From positions 1,072,359-1,136,358 of the forward strand of contig JAQGDQ010000012.1 of assembly GCA_030141605.1 (NCBI GenBank): 64,000 nucleotides of DNA. Reading direction: 5' to 3'. Origin of the DNA: Tubiluchus corallicola. Its lineage: Eukaryota > Animalia > Priapulida. Below the pieces are notes generated by a model. It did no database searches. It was not told the origin of the DNA and worked only from the letters and a program-made list of their open reading frames with translations. Shown here piece after piece: positions 55,531 to 64,000 of the stretch (its first letter is position 1; each line of letters opens with the position of its first letter). The position numbers were made by a program, and so were the translations under genes.

Positions 55531-56508
55531 TAGGGATGCACCCGGCTCACGGTTACCAGACTGGATCTGGTTTGTAGTTACTGCAACCTGACTGTTCTGT
55601 TCGTCTATATATACATATACGTTGCCCAGACACATAAGATACTAACTAGTGAGCCCCTATAGATTATCCCGAGGACTCTAAGCGTTGCACTGATGGGCTT
55701 GGAGCTTTTACAGCAGTAGCCTCCTTTTAATTTAATGTATTTTGTAAGAGCACTAAGGCTTCAATTGTGCCAACACTCCTCTCTGTCACTTTGGTTACAT
55801 CCTACTTGTAAGCGTCACCACTTATTTATTAACTTCCGTCCAATTTGGACTTCCCTGTTGTAAGCCAGCTGTAACATTACTACCTTAAGCTGATGAGTTT
55901 GTTGCTATGAAACTCCTTTACTGTTTTCAATAAAATGGTTTATTTTGCTTAAATCTGTGCAGTTTGATATTTTCTGACTGTGATCTCACATTTTTGGTAT
56001 CTGTGTGTGTAACTATTAATGCCTGGCCATGTAGAAGCCGGCTTCATTGCTATAAATATCTAGCACTTCTTGCATGCTAGCATACTGATGCTTGTAGTAA
56101 CTCGATGATACCACCTATGTTCTATAATGGAAATTAAATTGTTAGTAGTTGATGCAGGCGCCACCTGCATCAGTGATGAAGTACTTCATACTTTCTCTCA
56201 TAAGAATGAAGGAGTGTAAGAGCACTAAGGCTTCAATTGTGACCGCTGTCAATTTGATGAATAAATCTTTGAGAAGTTATTGAATACACCTATTATGAAA
56301 CATGCAGGACAAATTTAATGTTACAGAAAGTAATATTTAGTCACTGGCCAGTAGCCACTGGCTAGCTTTTCCATCACAAGTTAGATCACCTGTTTGGATT
56401 TTTTTGCATTAAAGGATGCGGTGAATATGGGACTTTTCTTACCAGACCCGGACTGGATCCAGACAAAGATTTTTACCAGGCTTGAAGCCCGGATCTAGTG
56501 CATTACTA
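55531..56508. mobile_element. Non-autonomous hAT element with Ac-like termini
   Basis: TIRs TAGGGATGCAC / GTGCATTACTA, subterminal ccgg/ggatc motifs, flanks ttatttat / ttatttta. Confidence 0.55.
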
Positions 56509-57220
56509 TTATTTTAGTTACAGACTGTAGTAGTAAACTTTTGTATGCATGCTGGGGCAAAGTAATATGCATTACCATTCAACATTGAGCATTACTGTCA
56601 TTTTGTAAAGCTGTTGGACTAACAAAAAAGCACAGAGGGTTACCTATTTACTTTTATATTATACTTGTATGCATAGTATACTTGGTATTTAGGCTGTGCT
56701 CCATTAAGCACATAAACCTCATCAATATGGTCTATTTAACATACAAACCACTGCTTAATTTCTCAGTTCAGTGGTCCTTTTTTGAGTTTGTTGTTATTTT
56801 TTATTTATAAACAAAGTAATATGTTAACTTTTATTGTGTAAAGACCAATTTTCAAGAAATCAGTTGAGCGCTCTATCTCAAGTAATGGTTTGAGAACCAG
56901 ATTATTTTCTGGAAGGATTATTAAATGGGGTGATCAATGGGCTGACAAAAAGGAACCAGTTGACTCTTAGATCACTAACCCAAGGCTTAAATGAAATTTA
57001 ATGTTATCGTAGGTGTTTTTCCTTTTAACTGTACCTGCTGTCTTTGAATGCCCACTCATTTTGTCTGCACAAAAATGGATTGTTTAATGCATTATAATTT
57101 ATTAATTTTTAATCTTTACATTTAGCTTGTCTGGTTTTTCCACAGAAAATGCCACTGTAGTTATTATATGTTCCAGGATTTCGATATCTCTGTGTGGCTC
57201 AGCAATAAGACAGCAAGATT

Positions 57221-60200
57221 ATGAGCAGAGGGAGCAGTAAGCTTTTTGAAGGGGCAAAAATTTCTGCATCATATGCCAAATATCGACCAAAACTATCAAG
57301 TCAAGTTGCAAAGAGAATAATTGAATTTATGGAAAGTGGTGACTTACCAAAAGATGTATGCAACATTTTTTTAATAATTTTATATTCACTTTGTGTTCAT
57401 TGTAGGGTTTTTCTTATAGACCTGGCCACTTGGTTTGCGATAACAAGTTATTTGTTAATGAGTGACATTGGCAGAGCTTCCAAGGGATGAAGAATGAAAT
57501 AAGTGAGGCCAGTAATTATTCAGCTGGGTGTGAGGATTCACTGTAAATTCCTCATTGGAGAGTAGTGTAGAGCTGTACATGTTGCCACATTTTCCAAATT
57601 TTTAGATTTTTTGCAGCTCTCTGTGAGCTATGTTTGAGAATTATAGATTTATTATAGTCATATATTTAACTTTGGTGTGGTTTGGTGAGGTTTAATGATA
57701 TAATTTATAGGAACAGTGATACTTTGGACGTTAGATTTGCTGCTGCATGGGATATGTAACCAACTGAATAAAAACTTGTTATCACCGTAGCACATATAAA
57801 GAGGAAAAGCACATGCCACGACTTGGTATATGTGTTCTTTTCTTAGTTTTATTATACAACTTGCCTAACTAGTAGCATACCCTTTTTACAACAGTTGCTA
57901 ACCCGAGTCATTATGATACATAAGATTTATGTAAGGAAGGTCAAATACCTTTGCTTTGCATTATCTATGGTTTTTCAACCAGTTTTTGCCATTGAAGATG
58001 GAAAATTTTGGCCTTGATTCAGAAACAATGTTCTTTGATCAGCTGGTTTTTATACATTGCCCAGTATAAAGTGTCGGCCTAATGGAGTCAATGAGCAAAA
58101 TGACTTTAGCAAGGTGCAGTAGCTCCAATTTTCTATGTATTTCCCATGCAGTTAGAACAGCATGCAGTTTAACATTTTAACATATGTCTGCCAAAGACAT
58201 TCGCATTGTCTGAATACAACTAAATTTTGTTGCTCCATAATGCATCTGTTTTACACCTAACTTTTCAAGTCTAATGCAAAGTAACTACATACTAAAGTGT
58301 AGTTAAACTTACTATTTTTACAACTTAATTTTAAGAAACACTTCTTTTTTCCTGAAAAATAGCAGAAAAGGGAGTTGCAGCACCCAATAAAATAAACCAC
58401 CTCTGCCCATTGTCATCGGCTACTTTTCAGTTTTATTGACCGAAGGACGAAAATGATGCTACTAACATATGTCAGAGATTTTATGTGTCACAGTTTTTCG
58501 TGTTACAAATAGGTTCATAGCTGGTTAAATAAATGGTAAGATTAATGTGTGATCCAGCGCAGATTGTCTTCTCTACTTGCAGGGTCTGTAATTTTAGTTT
58601 CCCTGTGTGCGACTCAATGCTGTTTTAAGCACTGTTCATCACCAGTCTCCATTAAACTACCTATATAGTTTGGCCTTATACTCCGTCTTAATTTTGTGTT
58701 TCTTTTCTCCTGTTTGTATATGCACTAATGTTGCTTCTTGAGAGCTTTGCTTCTGTTCCAGAAAAATGGCAAATTTGACCATGCTGTTGACATGGGCTGT
58801 GGATCTGGACAAAGCACGCGTGCCTTTGCACCATATTTTTCTAAAATTACAGGTAAGTGGTGAACTCATGTAAGTCATCATTGTGCAAGTCACACACTTC
58901 CAAGCTGGTGATAATTTTTTAGGTCCAGTTTGATACAAATTTGAATATATTAATTTTTATTAGGTAAATGTTTTACTGTTTTTTTTTTGTCTGAAAGGTG
59001 TTGATGTGAGTTTAAGTCAAGTAACAGCTGCTAAAGAGTCGGAAACTCTGTCACACATTACGTATAAGTAAGTTTTATTGATGTTTTGGTAAACTCTTTG
59101 TACATTTCAATATACTTTTCATGCTGTTATTTGCATCAGTTCAGCTGTACATGCATTATAAGTAATTATTACTTTTTTGTGTTTAGCAAGACAGGAGTAA
59201 TTCCTAGAAGCAACAGGGGATATCATTCCCTGTTTATGCTAATTGTTTTAGTATTAATTCAGTCACATTTCAGTGACAGCTGGATCCGTAGCATCCTTCG
59301 GGTCTTTTAACTCTGTCCTGTTTCTTAAAATTTGTACTAAAAATTTAAATTAAGGAATAAAAAATTTATTCAATTTGTTAAAATTTTTAATGAGTGTGAC
59401 GTTTTGTTGTGTAAATTATTAAAGACTAACGCAAATTGTCAATGCGAGTAAGTATTCTTTTTATTTGGACCGAGCAATGCCTAGTGCATCACTTATGGTT
59501 AAAAGTCAAAATGACTATAAATTTTTACACAAAGTTTTTCTATCGGTTTAGGTACATTTTCCAGAAAAATTTTTTCACAGAGAAAATGGGTGGAGAGAAG
59601 GAGATAGGAAGAGAGGGAAAATGGGGTCCAAAATGCAAAATTTGGGGTCCCCCAATTTGTGACCTTTTACATGCTGAGGGCTAGGGACACAAAACTCACA
59701 GGGTACACTCTCTGGGCAAAGTTATCTACGTATTGGCAGAATATGGGTGATTTGGAGGAGGAAAATTTTCCGCTAGAGGCAAAAATCGAAAAATGGGTCG
59801 AGGAACAGAAATGCATCAACTGTCTTAGAATAGTGTAGCATATCAAATGAAAGATCTCAATGAGGCGAATCGAATGACATGGGTTACAATGAAAATAGCT
59901 AACCTGCGACCCCACTAGGGGGCAAAATAGGGGTCGAGGAGGCAAAGGCCTTCCAGTGTTGACCGAAACTAGCTTGTAGTATGTCAAATAAAAGGTCTCG
60001 ATGAGACAAATTGAATAGTGTAAGTTATGCCGAGACTGGTTGATCTGTGACTCCGGTAGGGGAAGAAACCGATAAATGGTTGTCGGGAACAGAAGTTCAC
60101 TGAGTATTGAGCAATGATACTTTGTAGCATATCAAATGAAAAGTCTCGATGAGGCAGGTCGAATGACAGGTTGCAATGAGAATAGCTAATCCGCGAGGCC

Positions 60201-63200
60201 ACTAGGGTCAAAAACCAAAAAAATGGGGATCGGGAACAGAAATGCATGGAGTGTCTACGAATAGTACCTTGTAGCATATCAAATGAAAGCTTTTGATGAG
60301 ACGAATCGAATGATGTAGGTTAGCCAGTGTTAATTGTTAACCTGTAACCCTGCGGCAGTCGAGGAGACAAATGCATTCCAGGGTCTACCAAAAGTAGCGT
60401 GTTGTATATCAAATGAAAGGTCTCAATGAGACAAACTGAATGATATAAATTATGCCAAGCTGGGTTGACCTTTCACCCGTGGGTGATGGCTGAGTAGTTA
60501 AATGCTGAGGTTTCATTGCGAAATGCACTTCCCATGTATTCAAGCAAATTGAATTCAATAAAATAAGATAAGCTTTTTCTAGAAAAACTGTCATTTCTTC
60601 ATTTTTAAGGCCCAAGTTTATAACAATCTTCAGTTTCTGACCACATCAGAATCATTGTCAACTAGTTTTACTTACTTTTTATTCTATAAGTAATTTTCAA
60701 ACAGAATTTTCGAACTTTTTTTTTATAGAGTAGGAACAGCTGAAGGGCTTCTATTTCCAACAAATAGTGTTGACTTGATTAATTCAACTCAGGCCGCTCA
60801 TTGGTTTAACCTTCAAGAGTTCTTTGCGGAAGTAGATCGAGTGCTAAAACCTGGTGGAGTCATCGCATTAAACTCGTACAGCATACCACGTTTGCACAGT
60901 CTCACAGATGACAGCACATCTGCAAAACTTACCAAAGTTATTGATAATGTAAGTATCATTGATTTGTTTGCAATGACACGTGCTGTTATGTGGAGTGTAC
61001 ATGCAATAGTGTGACGTGCTATATTCCACTGCATGCAACCACAGTCATAACTGTGTATGTACGTGCATTTTGGTAATGGATCTTTTTACTGTATCCGCTT
61101 ACATATTTTTAAGTCTTTAAAACTAGCATGATGAGTGTTTAATCAGTTTTCCTGTAAAATGAACCTCATCTGGTACTTATACGAATACTTGAGATATCTG
61201 TCAACCAGAGTGAGTAACTATTCACTTGATTATTTGTTTTTGTTATTGCACAGGCAGTTGAATCCTAAGAAAATTTTGTCTTAGCATATTTTATCATCGC
61301 TTGTAGAACCTGTAATCTTCTAAAATTTCAAATTGTAGTCAGCTGAAACTAGTAAAAAAATGAAATCAACACATTCCACAGATACCAGAACATGGCATCA
61401 AATCATGAGTGTGCTTACGTAAACACGTTTGTATGGCGTTTATGCATATATGTATAATCGGGCTCCCTAACTGCTTGTCGTGTGTTATAATCGCTTGGAT
61501 AGTAAGTGTTATTTGCAGAATGCATCTACATCTATCATGATCTACAAAATACTTGACAACCTCCTTTCAGATGAATGAATCAACGAAGGATATGAAACTT
61601 ATTTTTATTTCATATGCTTCAGTAATAATTTTTGTTTTGAATAAGAGTTAACGTGCGTTGTTTTTAAAATTTGAATATGTACTTTAGTTGAACTTGCTGC
61701 TTGGACTAACTTGCTGTTCTTCTTAATAGTATCATGCTAAGATATAGAACAAGTGAGTAATGTAAGTCAGCAAGACTTGTCAATGCTTATGTGTAAGTCA
61801 GTTATTTAATAGCACTGCAGATACGTTACAGTGACTAACATTAAATTCCAGTTTACACGACACTTTACTAGATTGTTTTAGTATTAATTTAAATCATAGT
61901 GTCATTAAATCACAAAAATAATATTTAATTAGGTTCTAGCAGACTACAGAAAAGGGAAAATTTCAATACAGTGATTAGCAAATGCACTATACTATAGAAT
62001 GCATTCAAGAAATTTTTTACATGATACGTGGTTTAGCTGTAAGCAGAGCAGAGATTTATAATGCTGTACATGTGCAGTACATGTTCACCACTGTTACCGT
62101 AAATATTTATTTTGTTTTATTAATTGTTAAGCTATTATTTAATAGAAATTGTGAAATAGTAGATATTCGGATATTGTTATGGCTGTATATTTAATATTGC
62201 ATAAACGATAATGGTAGTGTACTAATAAGTTGACAAAATGCATCATATTTGGTATTTGGTAACAACAGTCTTAACTCATCGCTTTATTTAAGCTATATAC
62301 TTGCATGATGTTAGCCTATGTACTAGAGCTTTTGCACTAAAAATGATTGCTGCTTAGTGCCAAGTTGCCATCTGCTTTAAAAAAAAATCGTTCTTGAGTG
62401 ATAATTTTTAAAACGGCGACCAAAAAAGGTCACACGTGGCCAGCTGACAAGATAAAACAGTCGTGGCCTAAACACCTGATTGTCTTTAGTGCCTTTACTG
62501 GGGAAATCAGATTGTATTCAGTTAACACTTTGAGGCTTTCGATGCTCAACGTTGATGCCCTGCCATGAAAATTTTGATCTATGTATGCATACTGTGCGTA
62601 TTGATAGCTGTGCCTCTCCAGCCTAACAGATCTGCAGTAACTCTTTGAGGCAGCTTTTGTCTTTGTTTTTGACTTTTGCGCTTTTTTCTACATTTCAGCA
62701 CCGGTGGAAGACATTGAAAAGTTATTGGGATGAAGGTAGAGATATTGTCGACCGTTTTTATGCGGAAATTAAGGTTCCATATGAAAATTGCTGTGCTTTT
62801 AGGTATGTTTGTAATCCAATTTGTTCTACATCTGTAATCTGAATTGCAAGATTATTAATGGAAAGTCTGTTGTTCAAATCCAGGTGTAGTCTCGACTTTT
62901 TCACATTTCTACTAGATGAATAAAAAGTTTTCGTCCCCCCCCCCCCCAAAAGCAGCTTTTATTTATTCTAGGAGCGTTTACACTAATGTCCTCATCAGCT
63001 GAGTTGACTACTATAAATTGAAGACTTGTGGCTGCACAAATGGCATTCTACTTTTCATGCATGCAGTAAAGATGAAAAAGTCTCACAACAGCACTTTCAT
63101 ATTTTTCACATTTCTTTCTTTTCATTCAGTTTTAAATTCAGTAACTGTGGCTTCATTCAATTATTATTACTTGACGTTTCTTTTCAAAAAGTGGTTTGGG

Positions 63201-63548
63201 TTGCTTAGCTGTGGCTATTTTTTCCATGATTTTATGTAGAAGCAATTATTGTTAACTGTATAATTTACTGCAAAATACAAAACAATTTTTTAATATTTTA
63301 GCTGAAACACCTAAATAATCTGTCAGACATTAACGCCTGACAGTTTATTTACAGATGTTTTTAGAAATATACTTGACAAGGTACATTTATTTAAACTTTG
63401 TCTTTTTCAGAAGCGATGATAGCCTTAATTACAAGTTGAATAATGTCACCATATCATCTGTAATTGGTTATTTGTCATCATGGTCTGCATATCATACATA
63501 TTTAACGGAAACTTCTGACACAGGATTGCTGCAGAAAGTTCAAAATGA
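57221..63548 (+). CDS. Class I SAM-dependent methyltransferase (Methyltransf_11-like), 3' end beyond the window
   Basis: Phase-compatible exons 57221-57355, 58762-58852, 58998-59067, 60729-60948, 62699-62802, 63411-63548. Motifs: YAKYRP, AVDMGCGSGQST, ITGVDVS..QV, SVDLI...QAAHWF, RVLKPGGVIA, GYLSSWSAY. Confidence 0.88.
59790..60480. repeat. Diverged tandem array of five ~130-148-bp units with a conserved dyad core
   Basis: Core T(A/G)TCAAAT(G/A)AAA..TCTC(G/A)ATGAG(A/G)C..A..GAATGA starts at 59841, 59982, 60130, 60277 and 60407. Confidence 0.85.
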
Positions 63549-64000
63549 GTGAGTTTTTATTCTGTTTCACCAGTAATCTTATTTCACATGTTATTTGTCA
63601 GTTTTGAGCAACATTAAAAAACCAAACTGGGTTGTTGCAAATTTCTGAGATCTAATTGAATGAATAAATGGTGAAAATTAGTAATTGAATTTTTTATTGA
63701 AATATTTAGTAAATGTGAATTGAGAAATACAGAGCAGATAAATAAAAAGCAAAATGCCTACAGATCCTATTGACTGCCTTGACTGCAATTTGAGCAAAGA
63801 ATGAAAGCTTTTCTACTTCACTTTTCAAGGAGGAAGTAAAGTTATAGTCATGATTATGTACTTTCCTCTCAGTTTCATAAATAAACTCCATAATGCTTTA
63901 AAAACAATTACTACACCTCAATCCTCGTTATACTGCCGCCATTATAAAGCGAGTGTCGCCATAATGCTAACTTTTGCCCTGTCCTGATTTTCAAAACATA

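Noticed and set aside
59855-60440. Hammerhead ribozyme cores (GATGAG..CGAA)
   Set aside because: The required CUGANGA and GAAA boxes are not matched (CTCGATGAG and GAAT instead), and stems I/III are not evident.
59790-60480. CRISPR-like repeat-spacer array
   Set aside because: The linkers are ~100 bp and homologous to one another, the repeats are degenerate, there are no cas genes, and the context is a eukaryotic intron.

Overview
AT-rich, intron-containing eukaryotic DNA, most likely an invertebrate animal; the taxon cannot be fixed from the sequence. By splicing GT-AG exons by hand I can build five genes. (1) The last exon of a xanthine dehydrogenase/aldehyde oxidase (+, 123-290). (2) A complete 11-exon ATF7IP/MCAF1/windei-like gene (-, 3338-18997, ~1109 aa). 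(3) A complete 8-exon PEX2 (+, 29792-38748, 299 aa). (4) A 2-exon type II membrane FkbM/Methyltransf_21 (Star-like) methyltransferase (+, 41397-44788). (5) A class I SAM methyltransferase (Methyltransf_11-like; +, from 57221, running off the window). Introns and intergenic DNA are dense with transposons: a decayed CR1-group LINE, a near-full-length RTE LINE, nested hAT elements with TSDs, Kolobok-like and Harbinger-like non-autonomous elements, and foldback-like elements with ~15-bp terminal subrepeats. The least explained feature is an intronic array of five ~145-bp units, each with a conserved dyad-symmetric ~43-bp core whose left arm also occurs in an unrelated-looking dispersed repeat. ATF7IP also shows an unusual duplicated Cys/His-rich module and clustered SUMO motifs. 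No CRISPR, rRNA or tRNA genes were seen. All homology calls are from recalled motifs, not database searches.
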